From NCBI RefSeq assembly GCF_036365525.1, contig NC_090404.1, positions 8,308,001-8,372,000 of the forward strand: DNA of 64,000 nucleotides, given 5' to 3'. Of this stretch, positions 25,520-37,849 are shown piece by piece. A program made the translations under genes and the position numbers. The stretch is from Heterodontus francisci (taxonomy: Eukaryota). The notes below the pieces were generated by a model. The model had not been told where the DNA came from, made no database searches, and was given only the letters and a program-made list of their open reading frames with translations. Numbering within the stretch: position 1 is the stretch's first letter; each line of letters starts with the position of its first letter.

Positions 25520-27224
25520 GATCTGTTCTTCCAATCGCGATTTAAATACATAACCACTCAATTATTTTTGCTTGCCACATTTGCTAAGTGTAGGTCAATT
25601 CATCTAAAGTAGGATATTTGCAGGTCTCGGGTCAAGTCTTGTAGAATCAGTGCTCCCAGCTCAGATACAGCACAGGTTAGCGACAGAAGAAAGCTGATCC
25701 ATTAGAGGATTCTGTAGAGTAACTGCAGCAACTTTCCTCCCGTTGGGGCGGTGGTGGGTGTGGGGAGCAGTGGGGGTGTGGGTGGGGGGTGGGTGGGCAG
25801 TGAGGGTGGGCAGTGGGGGAGGGGGGGTGGTGGGTGGGCAGTGGGGGGTGGGTGGGCGGGGGCGCAGAAGCTGAAATTTTCCAAGTGCATTTAGATCTCG
25901 GTGTTCCTGCTTCTCGTGTTGTCCATCCCTTCAGAATTAGGGTCAGTTTTAAATTGCAGCATAGGAGCCACTAGGAGCTGAAATGAGGTCCACACAGGAA
26001 TACGAACTATACACAAAATCCCCCATCAGAAAGAGGGGAAAGGATAATTTATTAACCCACTGTACCGCCGCTTCCTAAGCAGAGGGAGGGAAAGGGCAAT
26101 TGTTAACCCACTGTAACTCCACTTCTCCAATAGAGAGAGGGCAAAGGCAATTGTGAACCATCTGTAGCCCCTCCCCCCCAATTCCTCCAACAGATAAAGC
26201 AGCAAGGACATTTAATAACCCACTGTACTTCCACTACTCGGTCAGAGAGATTGGCAGGCAACTGCTCTCTATTGTAGTCTCAGCAGCCATCAGTACAAAG
26301 TCGGCTTCTAGCTCACTGTGCAAAGGATTTAAACTTTCTACATGGGAATCATATTGCAAAGTATGCAACATCATGTCTTTAAACCTTTTCCTGTTAATCT
26401 TATGCGACCAGATTGAATTCTAATAGTCCAAATCTAATTGGTGATAGAATATTTCTCTGTTTTTTTTTCCACTGATGTTTCTGAGGCCCAACATTTGTAT
26501 TGCTGCGTGCATTCAGCTGATGTTATATTGTATCTCACACAGAACACGTTTATACATAGAACAGTGAAAAACATTCTCTACAATGCACACGGTCAAGGAC
26601 AGACCCAGTTATTGGTTCTCTGTGGAACATTGAAAAATAACAAAAATGCACAGGCACACACATAAACACACTCACATGCAGAAACACACACATACACCGA
26701 CACACACAAACATAATCATAAACACTCACCTTAGTACAGTCTCACGTACACAGAAATATAGACATAAAAGCACACACTAGGATACACATTAACACACATG
26801 CATGGACGCACATACTCACACATTAACAGAGTTACACACGTACACACAAACACATAAATAAATAGAGACATTAGCCCATTCACTCACGCACAAATAAACA
26901 TCAACAGTAATATACTGGCACACATGGATACACAAACCCGCACATAAACACATATGTACACATAATCACACATTAACACACGTATTAATACATAAATGTA
27001 GAAATCAACATATCAACACACATTATCACATTTTTAGGGGCACAAGAAGACATAAAGAAGCAGATTAACACACCCCTTAAAAACATTGACACATGAACAC
27101 ACATAAACTTACAGGGAAACAAACACATCCACCAACACAGAAAGACAGATTAACAAACTCATGGGGAACACAAACACACATATAAATAAATGTGAAGGCG
27201 CTCACACACAGAGATGGATAGATA

Positions 27225-27229
<5 letters not shown>

Positions 27230-27256
<27 letters not shown>

Positions 27257-27394
27257 CTGGTCGGTCACTTGAATACATACTTCAATGCACATTGGCATAT
27301 TAACTCATATTAACACACACACACACACACACACACACACCTGGTCGGTCACTTGAATACACACTTCAATGCACATTGGCATATTAACTCATAT

Positions 27395-27436
<42 letters not shown>

Positions 27437-27680
27437 GGTCGGTCACTTGAATACATACTTCAATGCACATTGGCATATTAACTCATATTAACACACACAC
27501 ACACACACGCACACACACCTGGTCGGTCACTTGAATACATACTTCAATGCACATTGGCATATTAACTCATATTAACACACACACACACACACACACACAC
27601 ACCTGGTCGGTCACTTGAATACACACTTCAATGCACATTGGCATATTAACTCATATTAACGCACACACACACACACACAC
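27230..27680. repeat. Compound repeat: (CA)n plus a ~57-bp unit, x5, in the C5-TM1 intron
   Basis: CTGGTCGGTCACTTGAATAC...CATATTAA repeated five times. Confidence 0.9.
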
Positions 27681-28443
27681 AGCCATCAACGTATAAACAA
27701 GCACATTAATACACTCGCTTTTGGGTACACAAACAAACAAATAAACACACTCATTAACACTTGCATAATCGCACACATGGATACACAAACACAGAGTAAT
27801 GCAAAACAAGAGATACTCATACACACATACACAAATACTGAAGGACACAAACAAAAAGGTCAGTCTATAGAGAAAAGCAGAATTCAAATGCACTATTTGA
27901 ACAGACACCGTCTCCAACAATTTCCCGATTATATGTTGGACCTGCAATCATAATGAAACAATGTTCTCATTTAGAAACTGAGATCAGTTAATGATTTACC
28001 AACCACTTTCATCACAAATAAACAAACAAGATTGGAACTCGCATCCGATCCCTTACCCAGCACCACAGACAATCTCCAAATAAATAGCTATCTGAACCTA
28101 TCTTCAAAATAATTGTTATCGATCAGTAAACCTCCCTCGATAGCTCGCCATAACAATCTCTAATGATAGAACGAAATTGATCTGAAACAAAATAGCGCCA
28201 GAGACGGAAAAAAACCTGACATATTTTCCCAAGGCCTGCACGAGGATCATAAAGGAAGAACAGCGGTGGAGTTTGCAAAAGAAATAGATTACTGAGAGTG
28301 ATTAGCTTAAAAGACATACATTGAAAATTAAATTAGAGAAAAAAATAATAGTTTAAGGAAAAGAACTGCAAATGCAAAATAATTATTTTATATCCTGGAT
28401 TAATAAACGATTTAAATATATTTTCTCCCCTACATCCGCGTAG

Positions 28444-28571
28444 ATTCCTCAGATCACATCTGGATTGAAGACAATGAGGAAGAGAGCGGCAACATCTGGA
28501 CAACCGCTTCCACATTCATCATCCTGTTCTTCCTGAGTATTTTCTACAGTGCTGCCGTCACTCTGGTGAAG
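28444..28571 (+). CDS. IgNAR: IgNAR transmembrane exon TM1
   Basis: Phase-1 AG| acceptor; (D)SSDHIWIEDNEEESGNIWTTASTFIILFFLSIFYSAAVTLVK with the conserved antigen-receptor TM (CART) motif; GTGAG donor. Confidence 0.93.
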
Positions 28572-28716
28572 GTGAGAAGATTCGATCCACTCACACTTCA
28601 ATTTGACTGAAGCTGTTTAACAAATCTCGAAAAGTTTCATAGATTAAACAAAACCTCTGAGACAAATTTCCTGGACCACGAAACCTCTGCTTCACTCTTT
28701 TATCCCTCTTTTACAG

Positions 28717-28725
28717 GTCAAGTGA
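28717..28725 (+). CDS. IgNAR: IgNAR TM2 exon (VK*), completing the KVK cytoplasmic tail
   Basis: ttttacag|GTC AAG TGA. Confidence 0.9.
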   Translation, partial: VK

Positions 28726-29140
28726 TCGATTGAATTTCGGCCGCCCTGGATTTTCCTCAATTTTGAACATCTCTGTGTTACCAAAAAACTGTAAAAGTAA
28801 AATTCCTTCAGTTTATGGTTCCGAATCTGTCGTTGAGAAAACCATAAACATTATTTTCGTTTTTCTGTTTGAAATGTTTGAGATAATCGTGGTTATAATG
28901 TAAATGTATCTTCGAGTTTCACCGTTGTTTGAACTTCGTGTGTAAATAAGTAACTATTCCATATTCACAATTGTTTCTTCTCTTTATATTGAGCCCCTCT
29001 TTTCTCTCACTGGTCTGTTACATTTTTACAGACAGCTCAGACCACATGTGTTCTGTTCTCAATGTGATGTGCAGTTGTTGTATTCATTTTGGATCCATTT
29101 TTTAAAGTCTTCTATGTAAAATATTCCTTTTGCAATTGTT

Positions 29141-29146
29141 AATAAA
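29141..29146 (+). terminator. Probable poly(A) signal of membrane IgNAR
   Basis: AATAAA about 420 nt downstream of the TM2 stop. Confidence 0.55.
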
Positions 29147-29629
29147 TCTTGACTAACAAATACACTAACATGGGCTTGGCTAAATTCCTTGCCCCAAGGC
29201 CCCTCCACACCGCTCCATTTTCCCTATTACACGTTTCCCCCCCTTTCCTGACAGCTATCTTTCACCAGTCCTGCATGGGTTGTGTTTGAACCCAAGGCCT
29301 TCCGGTGAAGGAGCCGCTGCGCCATCCAGAGTCCAATTAGAGTAAAGACACCTTTCCCTCTGCCTCTTGATGCCACTCCCCATAGGCAGAATGACCGCAC
29401 AGCGACCTGGAGCATCTCGCTGACTTCTCTCATCCTACTGACTGTCGCAGTCACATGCCAGGTTACAGTAAAGAGCATCGCTCTGCTCCAACACAACCTG
29501 ATACAGTACTGTGTATGCAAGAATACTGTTCCGTTACACTTTTGTAGGACAGGCACGACACAGGCTAGATAGAGTAAAGCTCCCTCTTCACCGTCCCATC
29601 AAACACTCCCAGGACAGGTACAGCACGGG

Positions 29630-32600
29630 ATTGGCTGGGCAATTTGTGGCACTTCCTGCCTACAATCAGGGGGAGCAGCTGCACCTGTGCTGTTGCAACT
29701 GTAGAGTGGAGAGAGGAGACTGGAGTCATTGGAGAAACTGGAGAGAAGTGAATGCAGAGTGGAGAGACGAGACTGCAGAGTGGATTGAAACCATCAAGGA
29801 AGGCTGCAATTGTTTTGGAGAGGTGGGTGTCAGAGCACCTGAAGGACTCTAAGTTTGAACTGTTTGGGGGAGGGAGAACAGGCCGGAAGACTCGGGTAGG
29901 ACTGCCAAATCCGGTAGCGGGCCCCTGTATTTGTATTGGTGCTTGCACACAGGGAGCTCCCTCCCCACCCCAAGTGCCTGCTCAGGACTGCTCAAGCTGC
30001 CCGGGTGAAGACTTTTTTTTTTGAAAATCAGAAGAGGAGAATACCAGGCGGCTCCAGCCGTCCCGGGCGAAGAAGTCTCCCCCAAGTGGAAGGCAACAAA
30101 TAGTTTAAAACTAATTGTTATAAAGGTGCTCCAACTGGCAGTTGGAAGAAACATCCTTTTCAGCCTTTCTCTCCCTTCCTCCACTCAATCACCTATCCTT
30201 CCCTTTCCCTTTACCTTCCTCCTCAAATCCCACACCACTTTGTTTAAACTGTGTAAATTTGCTTTGTTTCTTGGGGGTGGACGTGGCTCTTAGACCCCAT
30301 GGCGAGCCATCCTTCGCCGGTGGTGGGTCCCTCCCATACATATGCTGCTGCAGATGCTGCAGCTGCACCTGTTGCCCCGTCACCGTTTGCACTAATAACA
30401 TCGAAGCAAGGGGTCAAGAGCTACATCCACCCAAACATGACGATAGAGGCGTGCGCGTAAGCAATGGCCGAGGTTGTCGGCCCTTCGGCCATTGTTGCAG
30501 CCTCTAAAATGCACGGGAAGACAGTGTTATTCCTGAAGACCGAACAGGAGGTGTCCCTGGCTCTGAACAAGGGGCTCACCATGGGCGGGACCTTTCTGCC
30601 AGTGGACCCCCTGGAGGCCACTGCGCAAAGGGTCATTTTATCTAATGTCCCACCCTTCATTCCTGGTGAGCTCCTCCTTCCCCACCTGCACCATCTGGGG
30701 TAAGTAAAGACAGGGCTCACTCCAGTCCTGCTTGGTCTTCGGGACAACAACCTCCGGCATGTGTACTCCTTTCGTCGCCAGCTATTCATGCGCATTTCAA
30801 TGTAGAGTTCCAGAGGATGGCCTACCACATCTTCTGGACCTTGGACGGGGCATGGTGTCATGTCTGCAAGGGGGTGGGGCATGTTCGTAAGAACTGCCCC
30901 AACCTCCCGGCTGCCAACTCCATCTCAGCAGCCCAGGGTAGCGCCACTGCACCTCCTCCCACTCCCCCCCCCCCCCACCCCCACACCTCCACCAGATACC
31001 ATTCAGTTGGTGCCAGAGGCTGTGGTTTTCATGGCCTCCAGCGGGGAGTGGGGTGCCCGTCCAAGTGGAAGGAAGGCGCAGAGGAAAAATAAACATGGAG
31101 AGGCTCGTCCCCTGGACACCATGACACAACCCGAGTCTGAGCTCAGCCCAAGGCCCGATCTCGGGGAGCCGACTTGCCCCAGGGCTGGGCTCAGGCCCAG
31201 GGTGAATGAAAAAAAAGACAGTGTGGAGGTGGAGACCTCTGATGGCATGGAGGTCTCTGAGCCTCTGCGCCCAACTGGTAAAAAGAGGAGAAGGCACCCC
31301 TCCACAGATGTAACACAGGGCCCTGAGGTGCAGGGTCCATCTATTGGAGGGGAGCTGTCTCCTGTTTCGGGTCCCGAGGTTTCCCCTACCACCACCATCA
31401 TCAAGGCTACAAAGTCTGGGCAGGAGCTCCCTACCCCTCAGGATGGAGGGGAGGGGGATGCCCCTGTACATGAGGCCCCTCCTGAAGGAATAGGTGGGGC
31501 CCTGCTTGTGGTGGGGAGCCTGCAGACGCCACCCATTCTGCCACTGTCACTGGGTCGGGTGCCCTGAGTGGAGGGGAGGGCGAGGCCCAGAAGGGTCGGG
31601 CCTCCCAGCCAGAATCCACTCCCAACCAGGAGACACCCGACCAAGTTATAACTGAACATGCTGCCCCAGCTGCTGGACCTGTGGGCGTGGGTGGAGCGGA
31701 AGATGGCCTCCTCTCTCCACCTCCGGTCTCAGCTCCAGCTGGATTTCCAGAGTCGGGAGCTTCCATCTCCCCTGGACCGCTCATTGGCCTGGGGACAGAG
31801 GTGGAGGAGGTCCTGAACCACTGGCGCCCAAAGGCTCCAGTTTCACAGTAGAACCCAGAGAGGATACCTCCGCCATCGATCCTGGGGGTGGGATCATGAT
31901 GGAGGCGGGACCAGCTGGAGCGGCTGGGACGTCTGCCCCACAGTGTGTGGTGGGTGTGTGGGCCGCTGGCGGTGATGACCCGGAGGAGGATGGGGATTTG
32001 GTGTGGGTCATGGAGGATGACCTTGATTCCATCGCCAGTGAGGTGCTGGAGTGCCTCGTGCCTCCCATCGAGTCTCCTCTCATCCCCATAGCAGAACTCC
32101 GGGATTTCCTCGTGGCTTGCAGGGGTTGCCACAATAAAGTTCAGCTGGCCCTCGACCGTTGGTCGAGTCTGGTGCTGATCATCTAGTCCGTCCGTGCTGC
32201 CCTCGGGAAAGCGGGCAAGGGTGCGGGCGTGAAACTGGTTGAGAGGTGCCGTTTTAATGCGTTCTTCAATGGGTTGTTGGGGAGTGTAAGGCCAAGTGCA
32301 GTTCTGCCCTCCTCACAGTGAGGTGTTGGTGTTGGCGTTGGTTGCCAGCCTCAACATCAACGGCAGCAGGGGGTCTCACCATAGATTTCACAATATCTCA
32401 GTCCTCAGGGAAGGGAGATATGTGGTGAGCTTTCTGCAGGAAACCCACACCGTTCCGGGAGACGAAGCCACCTGGCTCCTAGAGTGGCAGGGTGGGATCT
32501 ACATGAGGTACCTCACCCCTATTTCTAGTGGGGTGGCTATCTTGTTAGCCCCGACTTCTCAGCCGGAGATCTTGGGGGTCAAGGAGCTAGTGCCGGGCCG

Positions 32601-35600
32601 CTCACTCCACCTCGCCGTTCGCCTGGGTAGTGTGCCGCTCCACTTTGTGAACGTGTATGCGCCCACCCCGGTATGTTGCAAGCGTGCTTCTTTAAAGAAG
32701 TGTCCGCTCTCTTGAGCTCCATTGATAGCGGTGAGTGCATCATCATCATCCTTGGGGGGGGGGGTGGGGGGAGCGGATTTTAACCGTACCCTCGAGGTGG
32801 GGGATCGCTGCAGTCCCCAGTGCGGCCAAGCATCGGTGGAGAGGTTGAGGTGACTGATCAGCTCTCTCAACTTGGTGGACGTCTGGCAGAATCTCCATCC
32901 CGACTCCAGCGTCTTCACGTGGAGGTCTGGAGGAGGAGGGTCCCGAATCAACCACCTCTACCTTTTGCAGGCGTAAGTCTCCCGCGTCTCGGCGGCCTCC
33001 ATGCGGCTGGTGCCATGCTTGGACCAGTACCTGGTGTGGGCGGAGTAAACTCCGCTCCACTCCGTACTGGCACTTTAACAAATAGCTGCTGGAGGACGAG
33101 CGATTCCAGGACTCGTTCCATCGATTCTGGGCCAACTGAGAAGGAAGCGGGGGCTTCTCCTCCTTGAGGGTATATTGGGATGTTGGCAAGACTAACATCC
33201 GCGTCTTCTGTCAGGAGTACGCCAAGGGGTCGACCAAAAGGCGGGAAGCCGAGATCGGGTGCCTAGAGAGGGAGGTGCTCAACTTGGAGTCCCACTTCGG
33301 TCATGCTGTTGCAGACTCGGCCTTGTGGCAGGCGTACAAAGGGAAGAGGCGGGTGGGGTTAAGGGATCTGCAGCTCATAGAGTCCTGAGGCGCATACGTG
33401 AGGTTGTGGATCCAGATCCTGGAAGATTTGGACTGTGCCTCACCCTTCTTCTACTCGCTGGAAAAATGGCGGGGGGTCCATAAGCAGCTCGTTGAGCTGC
33501 TGGCCGACGATGGATCCTCTATCACGGATCTGGAGGGAATGGGCCTCCTGGTCTGTACTTATTACAGTGTGTTGTTCTTTCCGGATCCATCCAGTGCAGA
33601 GTTTTGTGGGAGGACCTGTTGCAGGTCAGCCCGGAGGGTGCTGAAGGATTAGAGGGTCCACTCACATTGGCGGATCTGACTAGCGCCCTCCACCAGCTCT
33701 TGAGGAGCAAATCCCCGGGGAAGGATGGGCTGACCGTGGAGTTCCTCAGGGCGTTCTAGGGTGCCCTGGGGGACGATTACGTGCGGGTCCTGGGGGAAAG
33801 CCTGGCAACAGGGGAGATGCCCCTCCATTGGTGGAGAGCAGTCATTGTCCTGCTGCCGAAGAGGGGCGATCTCCACCTGCTTAAAAACTGGCGACCGGTC
33901 TCCATCCTCAGCATGAATTATAAGATCTTTCCCTGGGCTATGTCTACCCGCCTGGGTTCCCTGCTGGTCCACATGACCCAGCCCGAACAGTCCTACACGG
34001 TCCCGGGCTGGTCCATTCAGGACAACATCCACCTGGTCCGGGACCTAATCCTTTCTCTCCCTCAATCAGGAGAAGGCGTTCGACAGGGTGGACTCTGTGC
34101 ACTTTCGAACTCAGGCCACATTTTGTGACCTGGGTCCAACTTTTATATGCTGCTGCAAAGTGTCTGGTCAGAGTTAACGGTTCCTTGACGGCGCCCCTTC
34201 GCTTTGGGAGAGGAGTGCATCAGGGATGCCCCATGTCCAGCCAATTGTACACCATCTGCGTAGAGCCGTTCTTGTGCCTGCTTCGCAGAAGGTTGACGGG
34301 ATTGGCTCTGCGCGAGCCGGCCATGTGGGTCATCCTCTCGGCTTACGCCAATGATGTGCTCATCGCGGTATCAGATCCTGTTGACTTGCAGAGGATGTGC
34401 GACTGCCAGCAGACCTTTTCTGCCACGTCTTCCGCAAAGATCAATTGGGAGAAATGTTTCGGGCTCCTGGTGGATCAGTGGCGGGTGGGCTCCCTGCCGA
34501 AGGAATTGACACCTTTTGCGTGGAGCACCATGCACCTGCTCTATCTGGGAGTCCACCTGAGCCCCACTGAGGAAGCCTGGCCGGCAAACTGGCAGCAGTT
34601 GGAGGCAGAAGTCACCACTCGGCTGGGGCGCTGCACAGGACTGCTCCGAGTGCTTTCCTACAGAGGCCGAGCGCTGGTCATAAACCAACTGATGTCCTCG
34701 ATGCTGTAGTACTGTTTGGTCACTTTGGCCCCGCCCCCTGCATTCACCACCAAGATCCAGAAGAAACTCGTCGATTTCTTCTGGGGCAAAAGAAAACACT
34801 GGTTCTGTGCCACGGTCCTGCGTCTCCTGATCGAGGAGGGCGGCCAGTCACTGGTGTGCGTCCGCACACAGGCTGCGACTCTCCACCTTCGGAACCCTGC
34901 AGAGATACCTGTACGTCGAGCTGGCGACGTATTTTTTCGGCCAGTGTCACTGCCTTCAAGACGACATGCAGCTCCTGACGGAAACCATTAGCTGCGCTTC
35001 TCTGAGGGAGTTGCCTGTCTTTTACTCTGATCTATTCCGAGTCTGGAACATGGTCGCCTCCAGTCAGGGCACTCCACCGCAGGTGGAGGAGAGTGCCTCG
35101 GCTATTCGGGCAGCCGACTCCGGGGACGGACCGGTGGGTGGAGGGGTAGCCGAAGCCCCCGGGATGCCCCTCACTGCGGGTGGCAAGGGGGCTCGGGAGA
35201 GAGGAGCGCTCCCGGCCGAGCTGACACCTGCTCGGCCAGAACTGCTGATTGGACCCAGGCCCCGAAACCCTCCTCGGGAGCCAGTCCTGCACAACCCGAG
35301 CAGCCTCTTGGAAATGCCCTCTGTACCATTCCAATTGGCGCGGAGGGGTTTTCTGTACGGACTGCTCCTGCACACTCTCCACTTCCTCGCCCTTGTCAGC
35401 CGGCCGGACACACCCTGGTGGTCCACGTTGCCATCTGGCGGCGAGGGGAAGCCCCGATGGAGGTCTCTCTAGATGGGAGTCCTCCCCCTTTCCATCGGGG
35501 ACCTGGGGTGGAGGGTGTTGCACAGGGCAGTCCCGTGCAATAGACTTTTAAGCAGGTTCATGGACTCCCAGGCTGCCTGTTCCTTCTGCGGCCTGGACGA

Positions 35601-36053
35601 GTCCGTGTTCCATGTATATATGGAGTGTGTGAGGTTGCAGCCCCTGTTTGAGTATTTGAAGGGGCTGCTCCTCAAGTTTTGGCTGCACTTCAGTCCCACG
35701 CACCTGATCTTTGGGCACCCGGTGAGAAGGGGCATGGGCTGGGAGGAGGATCTCCTCATCGGTCTGCCAATGGGGCAATTCACAGGTCCAGGTTGCGGGC
35801 CGTCGGGAAGTCCGTCCTCCCTGATTGCCTGCCCCTCTTCTGCGGTTACGTTCGCGCCTGGGTGTCCCTGGAGAAGGAGCATGCGGTCACCTCCGGTACG
35901 CTTGAGGCCTTCCGCGACCGGCGGGCACCGCAGGGACTGGAGTGCATGTCGACGTCAAGAATGGCATTTTAATTTGAGTTTTTGGTTTATTTATCTGTTT
36001 TTAATAAAGTCATTTTTAAAAAGTATATAAAGGGGGCCTGAGGAATAAAAAGA
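29630..36053 (+). mobile_element. Near full-length decayed Tx1-type (L1 clade) non-LTR retrotransposon
   Basis: ORF1 remnants (LSNVPPFI, zinc knuckle CHVCKGVGHVRKNC); ORF2 APE (SLNING, FLQETH, VNVYAP), RT (NWRPVSIL, QGCP, AYANDV) and C-terminal CSFCG...H...C; many stops and frameshifts; A-rich 3' end. Confidence 0.88.
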
Positions 36054-36604
36054 ACGTGTCAGATATAGCGCAGACCCATGAGGGAGCCCAAGCCCTGGGG
36101 ATGATTCCTATCGACTGGTGCAGACCTGACACAACGTACAAATGCTGGGAAATATTCCAAGAGCCTGGGATCCAACTGACACAACAGGGAGCACAAGCCC
36201 CAGGAATGATCCCCACAGCCTCAGGCCTATCCAATACACCAGACAGGACAACCGCTGGGAATGGTTTCCAAAACCTGAAGCCAATGTAACAAACACGGAG
36301 GCAAAATTCCCGGATTGATTCTCAGAGCCTGGGTCCTATCTGACACAAAAGAGAACAATAAATTGTGGGAATAATTCCCGGTCTCTGAGGACTATCTGAT
36401 CCAGTGACTCTATTTTTGCATTTCCTGTTACACATACAACCCACACTCTCCACCTGTTCTGTTAGGCGCGCACAAGCACACACACACACACATTCTCCAC
36501 TTTTCGGTTCGGTGCATGCCGACTCTCTGCTTCCACCTTTTCTACAATACCTGTTACCCCTGCTCCTCTGTCACATGTTCCCCTGATGACCTTTCCTTCT
36601 GCTT

Positions 36605-36782
36605 TGCTCTATTCCCTCTGATACCATCTCCCTGAACTCACTGATCATCACCCAGGAACCCTCTCTCCCTGCTCCATTCCCTCTGATACCATCTCCCTAA
36701 ACTCACTGTTCATCACCCAGGAACCTTCTCTCCCTGCTCCATTCACTCTGATACCATCTCCCCGAACACACTGAACATCACT
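36605..36782. repeat. 65-bp tandem repeat, about 3 copies
   Basis: TGCTCCATTCCCTCTGATACCATCTCCC... with period 65. Confidence 0.85.
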
Positions 36783-37339
36783 CCAGGGATTTGCCAGTGA
36801 CATTCACACCTTCACTACTTTAAGTTGTTCTCCACCTCCTTCACGTTTCAGCAGATTCATTTGGCGCCTCCCGGCCACGGGAACATCTCGAGAGGTTTCT
36901 GATCAGAGCCGAGTGTCTTCCACAAATTTCCCTCTAATGCGGAGCCGCTTTTCCTCTAAACACCTGATGCTCAGGCGCGAGGTCTCCTCTGGTTGAATAC
37001 CACATCAGGTTAAGAGAAGGAAGAATTAACGGCCGCTCTGAAAGGCTTGGAATGATATTTGGGAATGGTGTGTGTTGATGCTTGAACTCTTTCTCTGCCC
37101 CCATCTCTCTCGCCCCTGATCGCCCACCACAAACATTCGGGGCCGCCCTGTTCCCTAAGCTTCAATTATCTTTAATTGCCCTCGATGTGTCTCTCAGCCC
37201 CACTGTCCTTTCCCCAGACTCGGGCAATCTCACTGGTGCACGGCCCCTTTAAGATGCGAGGACAGACCTACAGGTCGCAGCCATGAGTCAGGGATCACAG
37301 GGGCTGGAGACGGCTCGTGGTCCACTGACCCTAAATCAA

Positions 37340-37700
37340 TGGTGGAAAATAACCAATCACAGTGCGGTGATGTGGGGAAACCATTGTTCCGTCATCCACA
37401 GCTGGGCCTACTGGCGTCCGCCGTGTTGTGGTGACGTATGCTCCGCCATCTTTGCATGAGGTTCAATCGCACAGGGTTGTGTCACGTACGGTCCGACATG
37501 TTTGTGTGGCGAACGGTCGGCCATGTTTCAGTGAAGTCACACAGTGCTCATATTTGTAGTTTATTGAAAAGAACAACTCGATTGAAAGGGAACCCGACTT
37601 CAGTTTCCATCAAAATTGCTGTTCCATCTTCCTCTATGAAAGTGAAAGTTTCGTCGGCGACAGAATATAAAAGGCTGTGGTTAAAGCAGTTGTCGATGAG
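37340..37700. promoter_or_regulatory. Candidate lymphoid enhancer/promoter
   Basis: CpG-rich cluster of CCAAT, GGGGAAACC, CAGCTG, TGTGGTGACGT, CGCCATCTTTGCAT, GTCACGT, CTTCCTC and GAAAGTGAAAGT. Confidence 0.45.
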
Positions 37701-37849
37701 CGCATGTGCGCTCCGGTCTCCCAGAGTGCAGCGCGACCCTTGCCACAGATAGGGGACTTTCACAGCCACTGTGAATTGTGGAATCGGCTGCCCTCCATGG
37801 CCCAGTCATTAACTGAGTGAATCCAAACCCAACCACCTTCCAGCCGGGT

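Noticed and set aside
27230-27680. CRISPR-like repeat/spacer appearance
   Set aside because: The 'spacers' are only (CA)n; vertebrate intron with no cas genes
37358-37580. CACAGTG heptamers as orphan RSSs
   Set aside because: No convincing nonamer at 12 or 23 bp and no adjacent V/D/J
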